Program-made: the position numbers and the translations under genes
Shown: positions 21,717-32,000 of the stretch, piece after piece
Layout: each line of letters begins with the position of its first letter
How positions within the stretch are numbered: position 1 is the stretch's first letter
Assembly (NCBI GenBank): GCA_054661495.1
Contig: BAAFSQ010000004.1
Span: 60,001 to 92,000, forward strand
Direction: 5' to 3'
DNA length: 32,000 nt
Origin: Zygophlyctis sp. KS116
Lineage: Eukaryota; Fungi; Chytridiomycota
Notes under the pieces: model-generated
Databases searched by the model: none
The model's input: the letters and a program-made list of their open reading frames with translations, nothing else
Told to the model about the DNA's origin: nothing

Positions 21717-23159
21717 ATGATTAGATCTCAAAATAAACTGCTTGATCTGCTATCACAAAACAAGGTTTGCTTTGACTGTACTGCTAAAAGTCCTACATGC
21801 ATCAATATGACTATTGGATCTTTTGTGTGTATGCAATGCGCTGGCTATCTAAGGGAATTTGGTCATCGGATTAAATCAGTAACTGCTTCAACGTTTAGTG
21901 CGGATGAAGTTTCAGAGCTGAGAAAGAAAGGAAATGATTATGCTGCTAAAACTTGGCTTGCAGTTTGGATAGAAGCTGATGATCCAAAGCCTCTTCGAGA
22001 TAATCCAAAAAAGATAAAGGAATTTATGAAGAAGAAATATGTTTTAAAGAATTTTTATTGGGATGGATCTTATTCTAGAGCAAAAGACCCAGTTCCAGTG
22101 GATGACCCAATAATGGTTGACTGGGATGCTCTACCTTCTGGAACAGAAAGCCACTCTCATAATAGTCAAAATTCTTCTCAAATTAAAGAGGAATCCAAAA
22201 CAAAGATCCCATCAATTATGGTGGAAAATGCAAAGAAGTCAAAAGTAGATAATGCATGGGCTGATTTCTCTACAGCGTTTCCTACTTCTCATAATTCTAA
22301 TAAGAGCTCTTTGGATAAAAAGTCTGAGTCTTTGGTAAAGCTAAATCAATCCACTTTACCGATTCCTGTTAATATTAAAAAAGATTTAAGGCAAGATTTT
22401 CAGTTGGATCCTTTTGAATCAGTCAAAGGTTCTAGCTCTAGAAAATATGATGCATTTAAAGATTTGGCTGGCCTCTCTCTTTCTGAAACTGCTTATACTG
22501 CTCCATTATCATCTTTTCCAAAAAAGGCTACACCAAAAACTCTAGATTTATCAAAGTATGTGGAAGCAGGCAAAAGTAAATATTCTTGGGAAAATACTTC
22601 AGATTTACTCCCTGTAGAAGATAATAAGCCTGTTTCATCATTCTCTCAATTTGAAATGAACCCATTTGCATTTGATCATGGTCAAATAGACAAAGTTGAC
22701 CCGGTCGAAAAAGTTTTGCAAGAATCAGAAATTCCATTACAAGATGATCCTTCAAATTTAGAGCAATCTCTGGATTTGGATGCTAATGAATGGAACTCTT
22801 CCCATGTAGACACTCACTTAGCTCAAACAAAGGATGATCCTCATCACAGTTTTGAACAAAATTCACATTGGGTCGGTTTTGATTCCAATCCCGTAGAATC
22901 TATTGTCAAGGATGATTTAAATTTAGATGATGCTTACAATGCCGAATGGGATAGTGAAATTGCTGATATAATCTCTGATAATCCGAAACATTCACAAATT
23001 TCATCTTTTGGTAAGGAATCTTCTTTATCTACCCTTGTTGAAAGCACTGAAATCAAAATGAATGATCCAAATAATGAGTCTGGAGTTAATGAGTGGAAAG
23101 CAAATTATCAGCCTCAAAACTTTGTTCCCTACGAACTGGATTCTAATGTTTGGACTTAA
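21717..23159 (+). CDS. ArfGAP-domain protein (AGFG/Gts1-like) with a disordered endocytic-motif tail
   Basis: CFDC-x16-CMQC zinc finger followed by LREFGHRIKSVTASTF; tail has WADF, DPF and NPF motifs; first ATG at 21717. Confidence 0.88.
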   Translation: MIRSQNKLLDLLSQNKVCFDCTAKSPTCINMTIGSFVCMQCAGYLREFGHRIKSVTASTFSADEVSELRKKGNDYAAKTWLAVWIEADDPKPLRDNPKKIKEFMKKKYVLKNFYWDGSYSRAKDPVPVDDPIMVDWDALPSGTESHSHNSQNSSQIKEESKTKIPSIMVENAKKSKVDNAWADFSTAFPTSHNSNKSSLDKKSESLVKLNQSTLPIPVNIKKDLRQDFQLDPFESVKGSSSRKYDAFKDLAGLSLSETAYTAPLSSFPKKATPKTLDLSKYVEAGKSKYSWENTSDLLPVEDNKPVSSFSQFEMNPFAFDHGQIDKVDPVEKVLQESEIPLQDDPSNLEQSLDLDANEWNSSHVDTHLAQTKDDPHHSFEQNSHWVGFDSNPVESIVKDDLNLDDAYNAEWDSEIADIISDNPKHSQISSFGKESSLSTLVESTEIKMNDPNNESGVNEWKANYQPQNFVPYELDSNVWT

Positions 23160-23189
23160 TGATTGGATTTTATTATACATGTATTAAAT

Positions 23190-24752
23190 TTAGCTCCAAA
23201 ATACAACATTTTTCTCCTTGTCGGCAGAATATACTACCCCTCCACCAATAGGAGACCAAACTGCCCCGCAAATCGGTACTCTGTCGTTATTAGACGATTT
23301 AACTTACACATGTCCTTTTAACATTTTTTCCAAGGTACCAGTCGTACTATTCCATACAAAAAGACTTCCATCTTGTGAACCTGATGAAATAAACTTTCCA
23401 TCCGGACTGACAGCCGACTTTGACCAGTTTAATCCAACCTTGAATTGCTCATGACTAAACTAAGAAATGAATAATCTTACCTCACGGTTAGTGATGGTTC
23501 ATAAGTCCTCATATCAATAATTTTCAAAGTATTGTCTCTAGAAGTAGTCAAGAATTTAGTCAAATCAGGAAACATATGCACTCCAGTTATTTGAGCTGCA
23601 TGAACTCCAATAATTTCACGTATTTGATTTCCAGACCTTGAATCCCATAGTCTAATATTATTATCCAGATGACCACTTATAATAACAGATCCATCCAAAT
23701 TAGCAGCCGTTAAATCATTGCAACTTGATAGAGAAAAAATCGTTTTTACACAATAACCTCTATTCAAATCCCAAATCTTTATCGTCCTATCATGAGAACC
23801 ACTAATGATTGTAGAATCTTGTATAAATCTTGCTGAATAAACTTTTCCAACATGCCCTGTTAGAGAAGCTTTTAACCTTTGACTTGATATATTCCAAATC
23901 CTTATAGACTGATCATTTGAAGCTCCTAGCACCAACTCTGAAGTTGAATTAAAGTCGGTAAACATTATTCCTTGTAAAGCACCTGTTAATACAGCTTCTT
24001 TTGACCCAGTATTTGAATTTAAAATTAAAACATTCTTATCATTCGCACCTGTAGCTATTAAATCTCCATTTTTCGAGACAGAAATACAATTTATATCACT
24101 TTCATGCCATGAAACTTTTTTAAATACTTGAGTTGGAGGATAACAAGGAGGAAATTTCACTGATACATCTTGAACTGTAGCTTGACTCTGCTTCCGTTCC
24201 ACCCTTTTTAAAAATCCCAATTTACTTAATGCACAAGTCATTACATCATTAGCTTCATTTACAGTTGACGCTTGTTTTTCCTTGATTTCAATAAGTCTAT
24301 TAACCAAATCCTGATTTTCCTTTTCTAAATTCTTAATTTTTTCCAACAACTTGTTAGCATTTGCATCTTTATGAACCAATTCCAACTGATGTGCCGAGAG
24401 TTCATCTTGTAAAATCTAGATTTTAAGAGTAATAAAATACTTGAATCACACCTTCCTTTTCCTTTATATTTTCACTAAAATCCTCCAATTTACAATTTAA
24501 ACTCTTAATCTGCGACATACTAGATTCAGCCTGAATTTTATACGTTGATAGTGACAAATCCTTTTCTTTTATCGAGTCCAGCAATTCCAATAGCCGAGTT
24601 GAAGTTTGAGCCTGAGATTTATATAAATTACTTAATTCCACTTGATCTATTCCTTGAGAATTTAAATAAATATTTTGATATTCTAAAACTAAATTTCTAA
24701 ATCCCTCGAGACATGCATCTCTTTCTATTACTTTTAATTGAAATTCTTGCAT
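23190..24752 (-). CDS. ATG16: Autophagy protein Atg16 (coiled coil plus WD40, ~494 aa)
   Basis: ATG16 coiled coil (ILQDELSAHQLEL, LEKENQDLVNRL) followed by WD40 repeats (SGSHDRTIKIWDL, SGHLDNNIRLWD); introns 24416-24440 (25), 23455-23480 (26), 23281-23307 (27). Confidence 0.88.
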
Positions 24753-24821
24753 TCGATGGATTCATTAATAGGCCAAGTCTGCAGTTTAGTTTGAGTCCCA
24801 GGCCCGGGTTTAGTGTCTTTA

Positions 24822-26111
24822 ATGTGGAAATTAGCAAAGAGAAATCTCTCTTCTTCTCTTTATTTCTGGTCAAAGAAAATAGTCAAAACTCCTTCAATGG
24901 GAGAGTCTATTACTGAAGGGACTCTAACTCAATGGCATAAGAAAATTGGAGATTTTGTTAAAAGAGACGAACAAGTTGCTACAATTGAGACTGACAAGGT
25001 TCTTTTTATTACAATTTAATAAATAGATTGATGTTCAAGTCAATTCACCTGAGCCAGGAAAAATTATTAGTCTTTATGTAAAGGAAGGAGATACGGTGTC
25101 TGTTGGTGGGAATTTGTTGGAAGTTGAAGTTGGGGAATTTGCAGTAGTTGAATCTAACTCTAAACCTGTAGAGTCTGTGTCTGAATCTGCTCCTAAAGAA
25201 GCTGTAGTCTCTACTCTGCCAGTAGAAAAGACTGTACAAGTTTCCCCAGTAAGTCCTATAGTAAGCTCAGTGACTGATACACCAAATTCAAAATCAGTTT
25301 CTACAACTTCACAAAAGATCTCAGATCTAAAAGAAGAGTACAAGACTGTAGGAGGAAGAGGAGAAACTAGAGTAAGACTATAAATTAAAAAAAATTAGGT
25401 TAAAATGACTAGAATGAGATCTAGAATTGCTGAAAGACTAAAGGAATCACAAAATTCTGCTGCTTCTTTAACTACATTTAATGAAGTGGATATGTCTGCT
25501 CTACTCTCTTTAAGAAGTAAATACAAGGAAGAAATTTTGGAAAAACATGGAATTAAATTTGGATTTATGTCTCCTTTTATTAAGGCTGTCACTGTTGCAT
25601 TAGCTGAAATTCCTGCTGTTAATGCTCGTATTGAAGGAGATAGTATAGTTTATCAAGATTATAAAGATATTTCTGTGGCTGTTGCAACTCCAAAAGGATT
25701 AGTAACTCCTGTTTTAAGAAATACTGAAACCATGACAATGATTGGTATAGAAAAAGAATTGGCTAGAATGAGTAAAAAGGTTGGATTTAAGAGAATTTTA
25801 AATGATAGGCACGAGATGGACAATTGGCAATAGAAGATATGGCAGGAGGAACTTTTACAATTTCTAATGGTGGAGTTTTTGGATCCTTGTATGGAACTCC
25901 AATAATTAATCAACCCCAGTCTGCTATATTGGGAATGCATGCTACTAAAGACCGTCCAGTCGTTGTTAATGGTAAAATTGAAATACGTCCAATGATGTAT
26001 TTGGCACTTACCTATGATCACAGAATAGTTGATGGACGTGAAGCTGTAACCTTTTTAGTAAAAGTAAAGGAAATCATTGAAGATCCCTCTAGATTATTGT
26101 TGGACATTTAA
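24822..26111 (+). CDS. KGD2: Dihydrolipoamide succinyltransferase, 2-oxoglutarate dehydrogenase E2 (~401 aa)
   Basis: Mitochondrial presequence, lipoyl motif [18 protein letters not shown] and [14 protein letters not shown]; introns 24999-25026 (28), 25372-25398 (27), 25780-25808 (29). Confidence 0.96.
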
Positions 26112-26218
26112 GTATTACTAATACAATTCCTCTTAACTTGACAATGAATTAAGAAAAGAAAAATAGAAAATAACAAAACAAATAATTGTATTGAAGAATA
26201 CATGCTATCTACACCAAT

Positions 26219-26625
<407 letters not shown>

Positions 26626-26808
26626 TTTTTCTTAATTTCCACTTAAAACAGCCGTGCTTTTATACTTTTTCGGAGATTAAAATTTTGTGCATTTTTTTGA
26701 AACTGTCGGAAGATTTTTTTGAAATCCGACGTTTCCTTGTGGCGCGAGTCAAAATATAAAAGCGCGAGGGTTTTACATTTAAATTTAAAAAAAACCTAAA
26801 TTTACTAA
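26626..26808. promoter_or_regulatory. Bidirectional H2B/H2A promoter
   Basis: Mirror-image TATAAAAGC boxes (26656-26664 minus; 26755-26763 plus), GCGCGAG x2 (26742, 26762) and a GTCGGA/TCCGAC inverted pair (26705, 26725). Confidence 0.75.
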
Positions 26809-27251
26809 ATGGCAGGAGGAAAAGGAAAAGCCGGAGGAAAAGCTACAACTAAAGCCGCTACAAAGTCTCGATCATCTCGTGCAGGACTTCAATTCCCAGT
26901 TGGTCGTGTGCATCGTTTATTAAGAAAAGGAAACTATGCTCAACGTGTTGGTGCTGGTAAGGAATTTACAGTTTATCTATAGGAGCCCCAGTCTATTTGG
27001 CTGCTGTCTTGGAATACTTGGCTGCTGAAATCTTGGAATTGGCTGGAAATGCTGCCCGTGACAATAAAAAGACTCGTATTGTACCACGTCACTTGCAATT
27101 GGCAATCAGAAATGATGAAGAATTGAACAAACTCTTGGGACATGTTACCATTGCTCAAGGTGGTGTCTTGCCAAATATTCACTCTGTTCTTTTGCCAAAG
27201 AAGACTGATGTTATCCCAGGAAAGAAGGGATCTCAATCTCAAGAATACTAA
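26809..27251 (+). CDS. HTA: Histone H2A with C-terminal SQEY motif (138 aa)
   Basis: [31 protein letters not shown]|[12 protein letters not shown]; 26-nt intron 26957-26982. Confidence 0.97.
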
Positions 27252-27314
27252 TTATGTAAATAAATGTGTTTTTGAACACGTCATGATAGTAATAATTTTT
27301 CATTTTTTGAGGTG

Positions 27315-28932
27315 ATGTTTGTTAAAGGATACCGGAGGAATTATCTAAACTATCTATTTCTAGTAGTTTGTACTCTTTTACTGTTGGCATGGACTAGTCT
27401 AAAGTTTTCTCTTAAACATACCAGACCTGTCAAGAAAAATGTTATTTTAATGATTTCAGATGGTTTTGGTCCGGCCTCTGAAGTGTTTGCTAGGAATTTT
27501 GCTCAATTTGCAATGAATAAATCAGACTTGATACTGCCATTGGATACGATTTTGGTTGGATCTTCACGGACTAAAAGTTCTTCTTCTTTTATTACTGATT
27601 CAGCTGCAGGAGCCACGGCTTTTTCTTGTGGATTAAAAGTATTTTTATCAGACTTAATTATAGACTTATAATGGTGCAATTGGTGTTAATCCTCAAAAGA
27701 AACCATGTGGCACGATTTTAGAAGCAGCAAAGGAAATTGGTTATTTAACTGGGCTTGTAGTGACTTCTAGAATAACTCATGCAACTCCAGCGTCATTTTC
27801 TGCTCATGCTTTAGATAGGAATATGGAATCATTAATTGCTACACAACAAGTAGGGAATTACAGTCTTGGAAGAATGGTGGATTTAATGTTTGGTGGTAAT
27901 AATTTATAGATTTAAAGTAGGTGGTCTTTGTTTTTTTAGAGCGAAATCAGATCCCAAAAGTTGTAGAGGAGATGATTTAGATGTGATTTCTTGGGCTAAA
28001 AGTCACGGTTGGTCTTTTGGAACTTCTAAAGAGTCTTTTGATGATTTAGATATAGATTCTAGGTATATTAGAAAGTTTAATTATAGGCTTCCGTTGATTA
28101 ATCTCTTTTCAGAGGATCATATGTCTTATGAGATTGATAGGGATTCAAAATCTGAACCTTCATTAAAAGAAATGGTTTCCAAGGCTTTAAAAATGCTCTT
28201 GCATGCTACTAAAGACTCGCAAAAAGGATTTCTTCTGGTAATTGAAGGTTCAAGAATTGATATGGCGGCTCATGGAAATGATCCTGTCGCTCATGTTCAT
28301 GATATTTTAGCGTATCAAGATGCTATCTTAGAGGTCAAGAATTTTGTTGATAGTCAACCTGCAACTGTGATGATTTCTGTCTCGGATCATGAGACAGGCG
28401 GAATTTCAGTAGGTCATCAGTTGGGTTCTACTTATCCAAAATACGAATGGTAAATTTAAATTATTCTGACTAAAGGAAGCCAGAGGCGTTACTAAACGTT
28501 AAATACTCTGGTGAGTATATATTCCGTGAATTGCAAAAGTTTGGCTCTTATGATTTGAAGAAATCATTTTTAATCGATACAGTTTTTCCTAAATGGTTAA
28601 ATCTAAAGAATTTTACAATGGAGAATGTGGAATATCTGGCAAATGAAGTTAATATGGCATCTGCAGAATCTTTTATCGGTCATATTATTTCTGATCTGGC
28701 TGGAATAGGTTGGGCTACGCATGGTCATTCAGCTGTTGATGTCAACTTATACTCTTACGGCCACTCTTCTGATGATCTAAGAGGAAACCATGAAAATACT
28801 GATATTGGACAATTTATTATTAGACAATTAGGATTGCAATTAGATCCAATCACTGCCAGACTGCAAGACTGTGTCGTGTCTGAAAGCATCGCAGATCGTC
28901 CTGAATCGAAGCTTCGACATTTCCACAGCTGA
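27315..28932 (+). CDS. PHO8: Vacuolar alkaline phosphatase (~505 aa)
   Basis: N-terminal TM, KNVILMISDGFG, catalytic TDSAAGATA, THATPA, EGSRIDMAAH, SDHETGG and GHSAVDV; introns 27639-27663 (25), 27896-27920 (25), 28063-28086 (24), 28450-28475 (26). Confidence 0.94.
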
Positions 28933-28933
28933 A

Positions 28934-29836
28934 TCAAGTCTTTGTAATTGTTAAATACGCAGAGGCATAAGAAACAGAACTTTGATTAAGTGTTTTTACT
29001 CTTTCAGACTGAGCGTAATGGTTAAACTTTAACTGAATTTTCCTCTTTGTTTCCAAATTCTTGATACAGCTTAGTAAAACCTGTATTGGATATCTGCCAC
29101 AAATTGTATTCTGAGTTTCTTTTAAATATCTCTCAAAACCATCCAAGTCCAACTTTTCTATAATGTCCATTCCTCTATGATCTAATCTTTCTATAGACTC
29201 ATAAATCGGACCATCATCTTCTCTTAAAGTGTATGAGAATCTCTGTCCCCAATGACAAAAATCTGATGAAATTATAAACAAATTTGAAGAATCTTCAAGA
29301 TATGGACCTAGAATTTGTCCATATAGATTTAATTTATGCATTGAGACGCATCCAACCATCATCGGTACAATCTTAACCGGTTTATCTTTAAAAACTGCCT
29401 TGATAAAAGGTAAATGTAATTCAATTGAATGTTCATTCTCATCAACATTTTTATCCATAAATGAGAATTGATGTGTTTTAGACAATTCATTAATAGTCTC
29501 TAGATCTAATTCTAATGATCCTAAAGGAGTATCATAAGTATGACAACCTGAAAGAGCAATAGAATCAAGAAATATTTTATGACTTGGGCCAAGTATAAAA
29601 ACTCTAGAAATACTAGAAACATCAATCATTTTGTAAGCGTATGCCGCACAAGATCCACTATAAGCATATCCAGCATGCGGTCCAATGATTGCTCTTACAC
29701 TATCCAATGGTTCATAATCAACAGCGTTTAACCAATTATTTAATTCCAGAGATAGTTCCTGTGCTTTGATTAATTCAGTTAAATTACAAGAATCCGAATA
29801 CCACGATCCTGAATGAGTTGCTGCTCTCAATATCAT
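28934..29836 (-). CDS. MEMO1: MEMO1 family protein (~292 aa)
   Basis: RAATHSGSWY, PHAGYAYSG, LGPSH, EHSIELHLP, SSDFCHWG, NTICGRYPI and SVSYAS; probable in-frame 24-nt intron 29764-29787. Confidence 0.94.
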   Translation of the reverse strand: MILRAATHSGSWYSDSCNLTELIKAQELSLELNNWLNAVDYEPLDSVRAIIGPHAGYAYSGSCAAYAYKMIDVSSISRVFILGPSHKIFLDSIALSGCHTYDTPLGSLELDLETINELSKTHQFSFMDKNVDENEHSIELHLPFIKAVFKDKPVKIVPMMVGCVSMHKLNLYGQILGPYLEDSSNLFIISSDFCHWGQRFSYTLREDDGPIYESIERLDHRGMDIIEKLDLDGFERYLKETQNTICGRYPIQVLLSCIKNLETKRKIQLKFNHYAQSERVKTLNQSSVSYASAYLTITKT

Positions 29837-30132
29837 CAATCGCAAACAAAACTTTTGACAGATTCAAACATAAACATACACCGACACAGGAGTTTCGTAA
29901 ATTTATATTTCAAACAATGTCGTAGACTCATGAGTATAAACCGCAAGATTCATAAAGCAAACGCAATTTATGGACGCTAATCACTACTCAAAGCTAAAAC
30001 GCATCAGTCGTCTGAAAGCAAAGCATAAATCTTTCTAGCGATTCTTCGACCAATCTATTATAAGCCTAATTATTAATTGCAGAAAGTCGTCATCAATTGG
30101 GAAATGACGTCTATCCCATTGTAAAATTGTAA

Positions 30133-30644
30133 ATGGAAAGAAAATTAACTAGAAAAGCATCAGCCCATATTAATCATTCACATCTTATTAAAAAAGTATT
30201 ATTTCTTTATTAATGATAGATGGAACTTTTTAGAAATTTAGATGATTCTTCAATCAAGGAATTAGCAGAAGAAATGGTCGTAAATTCTTATAAAACTGGA
30301 GATATTATTATTGAATTTGGAAAGATTGATGATTCGTAATATCAACTTTATATAACTCTATTAGAATTCATTTCTTGATTGAAGGAACAGTCGATGTTAT
30401 CTCTGAATTTGGAGAGTTGGTAGATAAAATGAAGGGGCCACAAGAATGGTTTGGAGAAGTTTCATTTTTTGAAAAAGTACCAAGAACAGCTACTATAAAG
30501 GCTTCTACTGATTGCATTTCATTTACTCTAAAGCAACCAGACTTGCAGGCATTTATGGTTAAACATCCTGAATGTCAGATTAAAATTGAAAAGTCTTCTC
30601 ATCAGAGAATGCAGAATTACTTGGAACGAAATGTCCTTGCATGA
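30133..30644 (+). CDS. Small stand-alone cyclic-nucleotide-binding domain protein (~152 aa)
   Basis: LFRNL...YKTGDII...HFLIEGTVDV...FGEVSFFEKVPRTATIKA; introns 30196-30219 (24) and 30336-30364 (29). Confidence 0.8.
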
Positions 30645-30730
30645 AATTTATAGTAAATATACTCATTTTTCTACTAATGTCATGGACTTGGTGGCGTTGT
30701 GGCATGATTTCCACCTCAACTCCCAAGGTC

Positions 30731-32000
30731 ATGTTTCAATTGCATTTGAGATTATTGCATTCAGGACCAAAACATTCATATTTAAAATTATTACAAAAAG
30801 GCCTTCTAAAGAATGATGTCTATCAGGAGAAAACAGTACAATTACTGCAAGATCTGCATCAAAAACTAATAATGCATCCTGAGCCTCCATTAACTATTAT
30901 TAAAAATCAGATGGAAGAAATGAGAATGAAGAATCAAGGAGCTCAGATGGAATCGCCTGATTTTGCATGGATTCAAGACTCTGAAAAGACTTTTTTGAGG
31001 TTAATGGGAGAATGGTTTTCAAGGCGGAAAACAGTGCATGCATCATTCAATGTAAAAGGTTTGAAAGGATTATATATGTATGGATCTGTTGGTACTGGAA
31101 AGACAATGTTGAGTAAGACTTGATAAATAATTTAAAGTGGATCTTTTCTACAATTCTATACCTATAAAACGCAAAAAAAGAATTCACTTTCATGCATTTA
31201 TGCAGCATATCCATAAAACTGTGCATAATCTTAGAGTTAAGAATAGCATCACATCAGACCCAATACCATTAATTGCTAGTGAACTTGCAAATGATTGTAA
31301 TTATTAAATATTTTAATGTTTAGCTTGGTTACTTTGTTTTGATGAATTTCAAGTCACTGATATTGCAGATGCAATGATTCTTAGAAGGCTTTTTACTGAA
31401 TTATTTCAAAAAGGTGTGATTATGGTGACAACTTCAAATCGATCTCCTGATGAACTATATTCAAATGGGATTCAAAGAGCCAGTTTTTTACCTACAATTG
31501 AATTATTTAAACAAAATTGTCTATTACATTCATTGGATGGTGGAATAGACTATAGACAAATTGGTAATCTTGAAAAATTAACCTTAGAAAAAGACAATTT
31601 ACAAGTCTACTTTGATACTAGTCAAGAATCCAATCAAATTATTTCTGAAATACTATTACAATTGTCTTTTGGAAAACCTGGTAATTTTAAGACTTCTAAA
31701 TTTCAAGTTACTGAAAAAAGAATCCCAATTTGGGGTCGTCAACTCCTAATTAAAGAGTATGTTGAGAATGTCGCTAAAATATCTTTTCAAGATTTATGTG
31801 TATCTTGTCATTCTGCAGCAGACTATTTAGAACTTGCATCAAATATCAAAATTCTGATTGTGACTAATGTTCCAAGAATGAAATTGGAAAATAGAAATGA
31901 AGCCAGAAGATTTATAACCTTGATTGATACTCTATATGAAAACAGAGTTAAATTATTATTATCTTGCTCTGCTCCAATTACTGAATTATTATCTGGAGAA
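30731..32000 (+). CDS. AFG1: AFG1/LACE1 mitochondrial ATPase, 3' end outside window
   Basis: [55 protein letters not shown] and [10 protein letters not shown]; introns 31113-31137 (25), 31297-31323 (27), 31564-31587 (24), 31681-31707 (27). Start uncertain (30641-30731). Confidence 0.93.

Noticed and set aside
30641-30730. ATGA stop/start overlap between the cNMP gene and AFG1, as in bacterial translational coupling
   Set aside because: The extension is atypical; ATG 30731 gives a more plausible mitochondrial presequence. Not fully excluded without TSS data.

Overview
AT-rich, extremely gene-dense eukaryotic nuclear DNA. It is most consistent with an early-diverging (chytrid-like) fungus; this is inferred from GH76, a WD40-type Atg16, a SHANK-like ankyrin protein and an H2A ending SQEY. 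The fragmented ORF track is explained by spliceosomal introns. I reconstructed 44 GT-AG introns by hand, of which 43 are only 24-33 nt, and removing them gives clean reading frames. The window holds about 24 genes, including METTL16, CCDC174, ATG1, a golgin-like coiled coil, GH76, FAHD1, ACS, ARMC8/Vid28, a lipase, a SHANK-like protein, ArfGAP, ATG16, KGD2, H2B/H2A, PHO8, MEMO1, a stand-alone cNMP-binding protein and AFG1. Gaps between genes are often only 1-70 nt. The most notable non-ORF element is a minus-strand box C/D snoRNA at about 9927-10076 with U13/snR45 (18S ac4C guide) hallmarks, whose 5' guide predicts a variant 18S 3' end. No mobile elements, CRISPR arrays, rRNA or tRNA were seen. 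All gene models are manual, without RNA-seq or database searches.
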